A stretch of 63,589 nt of DNA, filler included, from Octopus bimaculoides (taxonomy: Eukaryota): NCBI RefSeq assembly GCF_001194135.2. It is 8 parts of 7 records of this genome, joined end to end, with 100 filler letters (N's around TTAATTAATTAA, not from the genome) between each part and the next. Parts side by side here need not be neighbours in the genome. Positions count along the whole stretch, not along the records: positions 48,570 to 58,652 come from NC_068998.1; positions 58,753 to 63,589 come from NC_069005.1; 6 more parts are not named here. One strand, given 5' to 3'. The notes beneath the pieces were generated by a model. It ran no database searches. It saw nothing but the letters and a program-made list of their open reading frames with translations, and was not told the origin of the DNA. Of the stretch, positions 50,604 to 62,622 are shown piece by piece. The position numbers and the translations under genes are program-made. Positions within the stretch are counted from its first letter, which is position 1; each line of letters opens with the position of its first letter.

Positions 50604-51307
50604 TTTGTGTGTGTATGCGGCTGTTATATGTGAATGCATGGGGTATGTATATGTGTACGTGTAATATGTCTATATGTGTGTATGCGTATGCGAGCGTGCC
50701 TGTATATATGAATATATGTGTGTGCCTGCATCTTTGTGTGTGTGCAGTGTCAGTATGTTTGCGTGCTTGTGTGTGTCTGTGTGTCTGTGTGTCTGTGTGC
50801 TCGTGTGTGCGTGTATCGATAATTCATTTTCAATTTAATTCAATAATAAATTACTTGATAATAAAATTTATAACCAGGTGGAAAGTGATAATATGTTATT
50901 AACAGCGACACAATAAACTCCATAATGTGTGTAACCATAGAGACGGCAAGGGAGATAACCCACATATAACTCGTGTCACACCTGCCACAGGGGAATAATG
51001 AACTAAAACAACCCTCGTTTCTCTCCTTATCTTGGTTTTCTAACCGTGTTATTATTGTTGTTGTTATTGCTGTTAATATTGTTATTGTTATTGTCAATAT
51101 TATTGCTGTCATTGTCGTTGTTGAGGTTTATATTGTCCGTTATTGTTTTTGTTGTTATTGTCGTTGTTGTTGATGTTAATGTTCCTGTCGTGGTTGCTAC
51201 GGCTGTTGTTTTCGTTGTTGTTATTGATACTTTGTTGATACTGTTTTGCTGTTGCTGTCATAGTTGTGTCGTCGTTGTTGCTATCGTTGTTGTTATTGTT
51301 ATCAACA

Positions 51308-51515
51308 GCGTACTGGCAGAATCGTTACAACGCCAGAGAAAATGCTCTATGGTAGTTTGTCAGTCTTTACATTCTGAGTTCAAATTCCACCGAAGTCGAC
51401 TTTGCATTTCATCCTTTTAGAATCGAAAAATCAAGTACCAGTTAAACACCGTGGTCGATGTAACCGACTTGCTCCTTCCCTCAAAATTTTAAGTCTTCTG
51501 CCTATAGTAGAAACG
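51308..51515 (+). mobile_element. SINE family A
   Basis: ctggcagaatcgtta..gagttcaaattccaccgaagtcgactttgcatttcatcctttt..aagtaccag..tagtagaaac. Confidence 0.8.
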
Positions 51516-51566
51516 ATTGTTTAGTTGGTGGTTAATGTGTGTTGGTACTATATCATTTAGTCGATA

Positions 51567-51604
<38 letters not shown>

Positions 51605-51759
51605 GATTGCACATTTTACTGTTCGGTTGGTTACATATTCCGAGTTTTAGTTCCGAATGTAGTTTTGTCACTATCATTAAAAAACGTGTTTTTCACTTTT
51701 AAAGAGCGAAATGTTTTTTCCATGACCTTTTTCATTTTTTGATCAAGAAGTAATATAAA

Positions 51760-52620
51760 CAGATTTTGAAGAGTGTTTCCCAGAACTTTCATATTTTGGG
51801 GCTTAAGAGTTACTATAGACGTTTTAAAATCGTTGATTTTGCTTTGCGAATTACCTGAATATCGATTTGCTTTACTCTTAAATTGCCAGATTAATTTAAT
51901 TCAAAGAACATTTTCTACTGATAAGTATTTTCATAATTTCTACCACATTATAATCTTGGAGAGAATTCGTTTCGCTAAATTATATGGAATGTTATCTAGA
52001 ATAAATTTCGGTTGGCATAATATAAACAGATGTCGTGGTTCTGTAGATTTCTAATCTTCATTTCTTTTATCACCTGTATATCCGAGAAAAAGAAGTTGTT
52101 ACCGTATCCTACAATAAAGTGGTTGTGAAGGGTTATTCTGCTTTTGAGATTCTTATCAAATTTGATCAGCTGATCAAGATTTTCCTTCCTCAATCAATCA
52201 CTCAGGAATCTCTTCTAATTTTCTTTCAACTAATCGCTTCAAATATTTCCAAATACATGTGACGATTGTTCACAGAATTCATGGTATTCCTAAAGTTACG
52301 CCGGCTTACGCGAACCTGGTGGATTCGATTAAGCTACCTGAACTTAACGGCCCATTGCAGTATCTAATTTTTATCAAGCCTTATATAAAGTAATCACTTT
52401 CTCAAATAAATTGAAGCCCATCTGCAATAATTAACATCAATATAGTCTGGTAATTCATAAGTAAATGAATCATGCCGATATTTGATATCTTTGATTTACG
52501 TGGAAATACTTGAATTTCATCGTGTTTAATATAAGTATTTTCCTTTACCTTATTTGGCAGATGGTGGAGGATATCACGATCGTCTGTTACGAGACTCATT
52601 ATGCGTGACGTAATACGTCT
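51760..52620 (-). pseudogene. Penelope-like element RT relic
   Basis: VTDDRDILHHLPNKVKENT, IADGLQFI*ESDYF, DTAMG (cf. GTAMG), DNIPYNLAKRIL (cf. NIPF/YNLAKRI), collinear and with stops. Confidence 0.65.
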
Positions 52621-53119
52621 AGAAAATTAATTATGTAATATGTCTCTCATAAGTGGCTTGCCGTAATGAATTTCAATTTTAAATTTTTCGGGAAATAGAA
52701 ATAGTTCTCGCCCTGTTGCAGGATTCAAAGATCAATTTGCTTCTGTGTATTATTTGTTAATCCACAGAATACCCTCATTTATATTTAAAATTCGTAAGGT
52801 AATCCAGGTTTTGTACCTTCCAAAGATTTTTTAATAATAAATACGGTAAACCTACCTTATTAATCTTCTGGTTGCAGTTAATGTCAGAGTTGTTGTTGTT
52901 GTTATTATCATTAAGCTATTACATGCTAATTAGATTAGCAGGAATTTTATGTCGAGGTTTGGCAACAAGTCTCCTCAAATCTCAAGGATTCTTGTAGAAT
53001 ATAGGACGGTACTTTACAACCGGACGACAATCAGAGTTTCAATTCAAGTCCTTTTCAGTCTCATAAGTAGCATTTTGGATTTTGAGTCAAGTGCACCAAT
53101 TACCCTAGGAATAATCGTT

Positions 53120-53450
53120 GTCTTAGAGCGTCAGGCTCACAATCATAAGGTAGTGAGTTCGATTCCCGGAGTGGGCTGGGTGTTGTGCTCTTGAGCAAGA
53201 CACTTTATTTCACGTTGCTCCGGTTCACTCAGCTATAAGAAATGAGTTGCAACGTCACTGATGCCAAGCAGTATTGGACTTTACCTTTCCTTTAGATAAT
53301 ATCGGTGGCGTGGAGAGGGGAGGCTGGCATGCATGGATGACTGCTGGTCTTCCATAAACAACTTTGCCCGGACTTGTGCCTCGGAAGGTAACTTTCTAGG
53401 CACAATCCCTTGGTCAGTATTCTGACCCAATCCTGATATTTCTCCTTTTC
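53120..53450 (+). mobile_element. SINE family C variant with a longer 3' tail
   Basis: gagttcgattcccgg B box and ttgtgctcttgagcaagacactttatttcacgttgctccggttcactcagct, the same core as 20770-20822. Confidence 0.7.
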
Positions 53451-56400
53451 TTTTCTCAACTTCTTTGACATCGACTCTGCTATCATAAGAAATTGCTCTC
53501 TATAATCACATCTCCTTTTCTTGCTTCAATAATATTATTATTATTATTCGGTTGAGATCAATTTGACCTTCATCCTTTCGAGGTCAATAAAGTCCCAGTC
53601 AATTACTGGAGTCGCTGATACCGGCTAATATCCTCTCTTCAAGACTGTTGGCTTTGTGTCCATTGAAGAAAGGATCATTATTATTATTATTATTATAGCA
53701 ATATTAATAATAATAACAACAACAACAACAACAATATTAATGATTGTTGTTGTTGCTGTTTGTTTGTTATTCTGCCTCCAGAATCACGTGATCTGTATTG
53801 TTACTCGACTTAAACCGACAGCGAAGGTACATCTCCTGTAAACAAAACTGTAGTCCCGTGGGAGGTATCTACTCCCACTTCACCCCCATCGTACCACCCC
53901 ACCCCTTCCATCTGTACATCACGGGACTTGAGCCTCCCCCCTTCTCCTCACCCTCATCCTTTCTGGCATCAGTACAGCATCATTTTTACAATCAAAGATG
54001 GAGTTGGCATAAACAATTATAATGTGATTAATATGGAGTAGGTGAGTGGCTTGAAGGTGGGGGTGGGGGCTGGGGGAGGGAGAGATGTATTTGTGTATAA
54101 CAGTTGCTGCGTGTATGTTAATGTGTATGTTAATGTGTATGTTNNNNNNNNNNNNNNNNNNNNNNNNNNNNNNNNNNNNNNNNNNNNNNNNNNNNNNNNN
54201 NNNNNNNNNNNNNNNNNNNNNNNNNNNNNNNNNNNNNNNNNNNNNNNNNNNNNNNNNNNNNNNNNNNNNNNNNNNNNNNNNNNNNNNNNNNNNNNNNNNN
54301 NNNNNNNNNNNNNNNNNNNNNNNNNNNNNNNNNNNNNNNNNNNNNNNNNNNNNNNNNNNNNNNNNNNNNNNNNNNNNNNNNNNNNNNNNNNNNNNNNNNN
54401 NNNNNNNNNNNNNNNNNNNNNNNNNNNNNNNNNNNNNNNNNNNNNNNNNNNNNNNNNNNNNNNNNNNNNNNNNNNNNNNNNNNNNNNNNNNNNNNNNNNN
54501 NNNNNNNNNNNNNNNNNNNNNNNNNNNNNNNNNNNNNNNNNNNNNNNNNNNNNNNNNNNNNNNNNNNNNNNNNNNNNNNNNNNNNNNNNNNNNNNNNNNN
54601 NNNNNNNNNNNNNNNNNNNNNNNNNNNNNNNNNNNNNNNNNNNNNNNNNNNNNNNNNNNNNNNNNNNNNNNNNAACCATTTATCATCATAAATATACAGG
54701 GATTAGCATTGAGTTGCTTCTCCAACATACTGAAAATTTAGAAATAGCAGTCAAAGAACTACTGATTCTAAACTACAAATTTTTCTCTAAACGGATGGCG
54801 ATATTTATGGTACACATAGAACAAAAAACCGGAGGGAAAAGCAAAAACAAACCTGCCTTTAGTTAATTTGATACGACGTTTCACGGTTAAGAGTATGAAA
54901 TTACTCTATTCCGAATCTTCAGCCCAATATTCTGATAAATTTGGAAGTGTCTCTAAAAAATTCACGGTAATTTTTGGCCATGCGACACCAAAATCCAACG
55001 AGAGGAAAGAGAGAGAGAAAGAGAGAGAGGGAGAGTTATTAGTGAAGGATAATCAATCCGCGCAAAATGCTTTACAAGCTCCCTGTAAATACATCAGGCA
55101 AACAATATTTTTTAGATTAGTCAAGGACTCCATGTTGTCTTGTGGCATGGTCAGAGGTTATAGTTTATCACCATTGTATGTTGTAAATCCGTGGTCGCAT
55201 TCTCAGTTCAGCAGGTCCTTTACACAGAGTTATATACAAGACAAGGTATACATAAGGGTCATTATTGTGATAAATTTGACTTACAGCTGTTTCTGGTAGT
55301 CATTATAGGTTCGTTATTCACTGGTTTATATATATATATATATATNNNNNNNNNNNNNNNNNNNNNNNNNNNNNNNNNNNNNNNNNNNNNNNNNNNNNNN
55401 NNNNNNNNNNNNNNNNNNNNNNNNNNNNNNNNNNNNNNNNNNNNNNNNNNNNNNNNNNNNNNNNNNNNNNNNNNNNNNNNNNNNNNNNNNNNNNNNNNNN
55501 NNNNNNNNNNNNNNNNNNNNNNNNNNNNNNNNNNNNNNNNNNNNNNNNNNNNNNNNNNNNNNNNNNNNNNNNNNNNNNNNNNNNNNNNNNNNNNNNNNNN
55601 NNNNNNNNNNNNNNNNNNNNNNNNNNNNNNNNNNNNNNNNNNNNNNNNNNNNNNNNNNNNNNNNNNNNNNNNNNNNNNNNNNNNNNNNNNNNNNNNNNNN
55701 NNNNNNNNNNNNNNNNNNNNNNNNNNNNNNNNNNNNNNNNNNNNNNNNNNNNNNNNNNNNNNNNNNNNNNNNNNNNNNNNNNNNNNNNNNNNNNNNNNNN
55801 NNNNNNNNNNNNNNNNNNNNNNNNNNNNNNNNNNNNNNNNNNNNNNNNNNNNNNNNNNNNNNNNNNNNNNNNNNNNNNNNNNNNNNNNNNNNNNNNNNNN
55901 NNNNNNNNNNNNNNNNNNNNNNNNNNNNNNNNNNNNNNNNNNNNNNNNNNNNNNNNNNNNNNNNNNNNNNNNNNNNNNNNNNNNNNNNNNNNNNNNNNNN
56001 NNNNNNNNNNNNNNNNNNNNNTATATATATATATATGTACACACATACGTATATAAATGTGTGTATTTGTTTGTATGCGTGTGTGTGTGCGCGCGCATAG
56101 TATTCAGTAAGCTCGAACCTAAATCAGGTGAAACAATAATGAAGCAGAATTTGGTCACTGATGTGTAGTTGTGTGGAATCTCTAAACGATACAAACTGCG
56201 CACTTTTGACCGTACATTTTCTTCTCTTTCAACTGCCACTATCTTTAACAACAACCATATTACATTTATCTTGTATTGTGTATAGATACCTAACTTCCTT
56301 TCAATCACGAGACGTAATGAAAACGTAAAACGTCTTGTGATCGGTCATACTAAAAGAGCATATACAAGGAAGAACAAAATTGCACTAAGACCAGTATTGA

Positions 56401-57136
56401 TTTTTCAAATTTATTTTCGCCTCCTTGGCAGATTTCCATATATTTATGGTGAATATCGTGTAGTTAATTTGGGGGCCTTACTTTTATAGAATCTCAAAAA
56501 ATATCTTTGTACTATTCATTTACGAATCTTAAATTTTGTTTTCAATTTCTGCCGATACTTGATATTGTTTTCTTGTATAATACTTATTTCTTATTTTTAT
56601 TATTTTTGCAATAATTGTTATTGTTATTGTTGCAATAATTGTTATTGTTGTTGTTGTTCTTCGACGAACAGTTGTTGTCGCATGTAAGAGAAACCCAACT
56701 ATCAAACAAGTCCATCATGGGGGTCAGTCCACCACCCACTATTAACAAAGCAGGGCAAGCGGTATTCCCCTGTCCTGTGGCTATGGTAGAAAAAAAAAGG
56801 GCTGAATAGAAGACGAGGCTGAAAGGATTGAGGGTAAACAAACTTCTGCTTCGGAAACGCCCTCATCCAATTTTTTACGGTTCTATTTGGAAAGGAAAAT
56901 AAGAGCGGAGAAGGAATTGCTCTCTTCCAGAAAATTTGTGAATAAATAAGTGACTGTGACAAAAATGGTTAGGGTAAATGGCTCTACTCTAAGTATGCGC
57001 CTGTAGATTGAAGATTAGCAGTTGTGCGAGAGCTCGTACCTTTGGTGGTCAGGGTAATCCTAGATCTGTGGCTTCCTTGATTGACCCTATATTATTATTA
57101 TCATTATTATTATTATCATTATTATTATTATTGTTC

Positions 57137-57328
57137 AGGCAGCGAGCTGGCAGAATGCTTAGCAGCATTTCGTCCGTCTTTTACGTTCTGAGTTCAAATT
57201 CCGCCGAGGTTGATTTTGTCTTTCATCCTTTCGGGTCGATAGATTAAGTACCAGTTAAGCATTGGTGTCGATGTAATCGACTGGTTCCCTCCCCAAAAAT
57301 TTCACGCCTTGTGCCTTTAGTAGAAAGG

Positions 57329-57403
<75 letters not shown>
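57137..57403 (+). mobile_element. SINE family A whose tail expands into (ATT)n
   Basis: Near-consensus body ending gtagaaagg, then more than 70 bp of (ATT)n up to the gap. Confidence 0.9.
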
Positions 57404-57834
57404 NNNNNNNNNNNNNNNNNNNNNNNNNNNNNNNNNNNNNNNNNNNNNNNNNNNNNNNNNNNNNNNNNNNNNNNNNNNNNNNNNNNNNNNNNNNNNNNNN
57501 NNNNNNNNNNNNNNNNNNNNNNNNNNNNNNNNNNNNNNNNNNNNNNNNNNNNNNNNNNNNNNNNNNNNNNNNNNNNNNNNNNNNNNNNNNNNNNNNNNNN
57601 NNNNNNNNNNNNNNNNNNNNNNNNNNNNNNNNNNNNNNNNNNNNNNNNNNNNNNNNNNNNNNNNNNNNNNNNNNNNNNNNNNNNNNNNNNNNNNNNNNNN
57701 NNNNNNNNNNNNNNNNNNNNNNNNNNNNNNNNNNNNNNNNNNNNNNNNNNNNNNNNNNNNNNNNNNNNNNNNNNNNNNNNNNNNNNNNNNNNNNNNNNNN
57801 NNNNNNNNNNNNNNNNNNNNNNNNNNNNNNNNNN

Positions 57835-57867
<33 letters not shown>

Positions 57868-58618
57868 GTATATACACTTCTGTGTGTATGTATATAACTA
57901 TGTGTGTTTGCGTTTTCGTATTCGTTTATGTCATCGTAACTTAGCGGTTGGTTCGACCAAAGGACTCGATAGAATAAGTATGAGACGTAGAAATTCGTAC
58001 AGGGGTTGATTTGTTCGAGAAAAATCCTTCAAGACGGAACTCCAGCAAGGCCGCAGTCGAATGACTGAAACAAGTTTATGAAAGATACGTGCATTGTGTC
58101 AGACTTTCTTTAAAAAAACAAAGCCCAGGAAGGATCTTATTTCTGGTGAGTGACACCATAATCGCGTGAGCAGATATACCACCAAATCAATAAAAGTCTA
58201 TAAATGCATGAAGATAGAGTTTCCGCTAGATATAAAAGATCTATCGTAGATGAATAGCATTCAGATTCTACGCCATTAAAAATACTGTGCATAAAGGAAT
58301 TAACAGAAAGGATACAACAAGCACTGCACAATAAATAATCCAGAAATAATTTAGTGGACCAAACTATAGAACAATTGTGAAACATATTGAATAGACACAC
58401 CGACAGATACGACAGCTTGTTAAAACAACAAACTGCATATAAAATGTATACGACTTTAACTAAGACGTACTTTGTCTATAGAACAAGTGAATGCGGTCGG
58501 ATAAAAGTAAGACAAAAAGCAAACTCTTCAAACAGAATAGCCACAAGCCTTATATTCAATTATAAACAAGGTTTAATAATTTATTACAAAAATACAGCTA
58601 GGCATATTCATACATGCA

Positions 58619-58652
<34 letters not shown>

Positions 58653-58752
58653 NNNNNNNNNNNNNNNNNNNNNNNNNNNNNNNNNNNNNNNNNNNNTTAA
58701 TTAATTAANNNNNNNNNNNNNNNNNNNNNNNNNNNNNNNNNNNNNNNNNNNN

Positions 58753-58791
<39 letters not shown>

Positions 58792-59061
58792 ATGAATGTA
58801 TGTATGTATATAGTTAGTGCTTTGCTTCACTTCGTGTGTCTTTCCTGTTCTGAATTCAATTTCTGCTAACGTCGAGACTTTGCCCTTTATCCTTTTAGAG
58901 TCGGTGAATTAAGTACCAGTCAGGTACTGGGGGTCGTTGTAATTGACCGAACCCTTACCCCCAAAATTTTCTGGGCTGGAGCCAAAACTTGAAACCATTG
59001 TTATTGTTGTTGTTGTGTCGTTGTTGTTACCTTTGTTTTATTGATTTTGTTTTTGCTATTA

Positions 59062-59136
<75 letters not shown>

Positions 59137-59830
59137 GCCTTGAAGTTNNNNNNNNNNNNNNNNNNNNNNNNNNNNNNNNNNNNNNNNNNNNNNNNNNNNN
59201 NNNNNNNNNNNNNNNNNNNNNNNNNNNNNNNNNNNNNNNNNNNNNNNNNNNNNNNNNNNNNNNNNNNNNNNNNNNNNNNNNNNNNNNNNNNNNNNNNNNN
59301 NNNNNNNNNNNNNNNNNNNNNNNNNNNNNNNNNNNNNNNNNNNNNNNNNNNNNNNNNNNNNNNNNNNNNNNNNNNNNNNNNNNNNNNNNNNNNNNNNNNN
59401 NNNNNNNNNNNNNNNNNNNNNNNNNNNNNNNNNNNNNNNNNNNNNNNNNNNNNNNNNNNNNNNNNNNNNNNNNNNNNNNNNNNNNNNNNNNNNNNNNNNN
59501 NNNNNNNNNNNNNNNNNNNNNNNNNNNNNNNNNNNNNNNNNNNNNNNNNNNNNNNNNNNNNNNNNNNNNNNNNNNNNNNNNNNNNNNNNNNNNNNNNNNN
59601 NNNNNNNNNNNNNNNNNNNNNNNNNNNNNNNNNNNNNNNNNNNNNNNNNNNNNNNNNNNNNNNNNNNNNNNNNNNNNNNNNNNNNNNNNNNNNNNNNNNN
59701 NNNNNNNNNNNNNNNNNNNNNNNNNNNNNNNNNNNNNNNNNNNNNNNNNNNNNNNNNNNNNNNNNNNNNNNNNNNNNNNNNNNNNNNNNNNNNNNNNNNN
59801 NNNNNNNNNNNNNNNNNNNNNNNNNNNNNN

Positions 59831-60176
59831 GAGGTCGACTTTGTCTTTCATCCTTTCAGAGCCGATAAATTAAGTACCAGTTGTGTACCAGGGTCGACCT
59901 AATCGACTGGTCCTCTCCCTCCAAATTTCGGACCTTGTGCCTTGAGTAGAAAAGAATAATAACAGACAAACAATGGGTGCCGAGCTGACAGACTGGTTAC
60001 GGTGCCGGCATATCTTCGGACTTGCTACGTTCTGAGTTCAAATTCCGTCGAGGTCGACTTTGCTTCTCATCTTTTGAGGGGTCGATAATATAAACTAACA
60101 GTCAAGTACTGGGGTCGATCTAATCGATTTTCCCCTCCCCTCAAACCTGCTGGCCTTCTGCCAAAATTAGAAAGAA
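59831..60176 (+). mobile_element. Two SINE family A copies in tandem
   Basis: gaggtcgactttg..aagtaccag..gaccttgtgccttgagtagaaaag, then gccgagctgacagac..gagttcaaattccgtcgaggtcgac.. Confidence 0.85.
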
Positions 60177-60602
60177 TATCATATATACATACATGCATGC
60201 ATACATGATTACATGCACGTATATACATGCATATGTGACCATTCTCTATACATTTCCTTCTTTCTGTCTCTGTCTCTGTCTCTCTTTCTCTTTCTTTCTT
60301 TCTCTTTTCCACCAGAAACGCCTTTCACCATTTTCCTTCCGGTCATGACTGACTGTCCATCCCAACTAATAACTGGTACTTGAGATTTAGCTAAAAATAT
60401 ATCTGCAGTTCATTCGCAAAGGGAAGGTCACTGCTCTCTGATGTAAGGAATTTTCCAGGATGGTTCTTAAGCTTTTAGAAAATGGTTGTTCAAGAGTGTT
60501 CCACTATTCCTCCTTCCTCTGTTATTACATACATAACATTTCGTTATTGCATTGCATTCCACTTATACGCATTGTTATGTGCATACGTAAAGCTATGTTT
60601 TA

Positions 60603-60730
60603 CAGGAGCGGCCGTGGCTGCGTGGTTAAGAAGGCTAGCTTCTCAACCATGTGGTCGTGGGTTCGGTCCCACTGCGCAGCATCTTGGGCACGTGTCTTCT
60701 ACGATAGCCCCTGGTCGGACAATACCTTGC
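60603..60730 (+). mobile_element. SINE family B, 5' part
   Basis: gtggctgcgtggttaagaagg..gggttcggtcccactgcgcagcatcttgggcacgtgtcttct. Confidence 0.75.
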
Positions 60731-60936
60731 GAGGGGTTTTGGACGTGGTTGACTTATTAATTACTTATCCCTCTGTTGCCCCCATAGAAAAATTAACCCA
60801 CTAGATACTATTTTAAGTTTAGTCATTTATTAAACGTCCTGAAACGACACATACGCAAAATGGTATGATTTAAATATATGAAGCCTTTCATCTTCTCAAA
60901 GGCTCTTCTTTTTTTCTTTTTTTTCCTCTTATGTAT

Positions 60937-61080
60937 GTACTGGTACTTAATTTATTGACCCCGAAAGGATAAAAGGCGAAGTCGACCTCACCGGAATTTG
61001 AACTCAGAACGTAAAGACAGACGAAATGCTGCTAAGCATTTCGCCAGGCCTGCTAACGATTCTGCCAGCTCCGCCGCCTT
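60937..61080 (-). mobile_element. SINE family A
   Basis: actggtacttaattt..gaatttgaactcagaacg..gctaacgattctgccagctccgccgcctt. Confidence 0.88.
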
Positions 61081-61202
61081 AAGTGTTTCAAGTATTGCAC
61101 CACTAAAGAATGTAAGTTCATGTGAGTAGCAGAGTTACTGCGCAATATGTATCTTGTGAAGGGTGCACGCGTGCAAGTATATATATATATATAGATAGAT
61201 GT

Positions 61203-61530
61203 GGGCGTTGCTGTGTACGGAAGTTTGCTTCCCAATCATATGGTTTCAGGTTCCGTCCTACTGCGAAGGACCTTGATCAAGTGTCTTGTGAGTGAATTTA
61301 GTAAACAGAAACTGAAAGAAGTCCGTCATGGGACATACATACATACATGCATACATACATACATGCATACATACATGCATACATACATACATACATACAT
61401 ACATACATACATACATGCATACATACATACATACATACATACATGCATACATACATACATACATACATACATACATACATACATGCATACATGCATACAC
61501 ATATATATATATATAGAGAGAGAGAGAGAC
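61203..61530 (+). mobile_element. SINE family B 5' half with internal repeat expanded to (CATA)n
   Basis: gggcgttgctgtgtacggaag..gaaactgaaagaagtccgtc followed by ~170 bp of (CATA)/(CATG). Confidence 0.8.
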
Positions 61531-61544
61531 GTGTATAGTAGTTG

Positions 61545-61790
61545 GCTGCGTCTCATGTTTCCGAGCTTGCAATCCAGTTCATTTTCCTGGGTGTTTGAAC
61601 CGCAGATGGCTCCGCAATCCAAGGGTTGCATGAAACATACGGGGACATTGTGGACAAGGGATAGAAGGGGCTGGTTTGGGAAGGAGAAGGCGCTGCTTTC
61701 TCTCTCGTCTCTTGAGTTCAGCTCTTGCGATTCGGACTTTCTCGAAGTCCGCAGAACCCGTTTTTACCTCTTCAGCGACACTTTACACGA
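61545..61790 (-). pseudogene. 5'-truncated RTE (BovB-like) LINE 3' end with C-terminal C2H2 finger
   Basis: EVKTGSADFEKVRIARAELKRRERKQRLLLPKPAPSIPCPQCPRMFHATLGLRSHLRFKHPGK*, with the stop at 61581-61579 and a short 3' UTR. Not in the ORF track because it has no start codon. Confidence 0.85.
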
Positions 61791-62217
61791 GAACGGAAAG
61801 CGTCGCTGAAGGAGTTACGCGACGAAAGTTTTCTGGATAACGGACATAAGTTAAAATAAGAACAGTAATAAAGAAATGAAGAACTAATATACAGTGCGTG
61901 TGTTTATTTGGAACAAAAAAATGACTGTCTCGAAAAATAACAATATTAATTCTGATAGTTTCCTGTCAATGAAATTACTTAAACTATAACAACAATTGAT
62001 AAGATAATAAAACGATTGTTTGTGCAGCGGTTTCAAGTATTCACATATAAAACTACAGGGCGTTTGTTGTTTTATGTGATGTGCGTGAGGTTGATATCCG
62101 GATGGAGGTGGAGGGTTGTTAAATGGATAATATAGTCGGGAGTATTTGGAAAGATCACGCGAGGTGTTGCCTAAAAAGTTCTGAACACTTTGTCAGAAGA
62201 GCAAGACGGGGACACAC

Positions 62218-62622
62218 TTATATTCCTTTTACTCTAGGCACAAGGGCCGAAATTTTGGGGGAGGGGGACCAGTCGATTAGATCGACCTCAGTATGCAAAA
62301 GGTACTTAATTTATCAATCTCGAAAGGATGAAAGGCAAAGTCGACCTCGGCGGAATTTGAACTCAGAACGTAGCGGCAGACGAAATACCTATTTCTTTAC
62401 TGCCCACAAGGGGTTATACACAGAGGGGACAAACAAGGACAGACAAACAGATTAAGTCGATTATATCGACCCCAGTGCGTAACTGGTACTTATTTAATCG
62501 ACCCCGAAAGGATGAAAGGCAATGTCGACCTCGGCGGAATTTGAACTCAGAACGTAGCGGCAGACGAAATACCGCGAAGCATTTCGCCCGGCGTGCTAAC
62601 GTTTCTGCCAGTTCGCCGCCTT
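62218..62622 (-). mobile_element. Dimeric or nested SINE family A
   Basis: Full monomer 62390-62622 with one tail type, fused at gaaatac|c to a head-less monomer 62218-62389 with the other tail type. Confidence 0.85.

Noticed and set aside
61201-61809. 202-aa + strand ORF
   Set aside because: Read-through of SINE B, (CATA)n and the antisense of the RTE 3' end.
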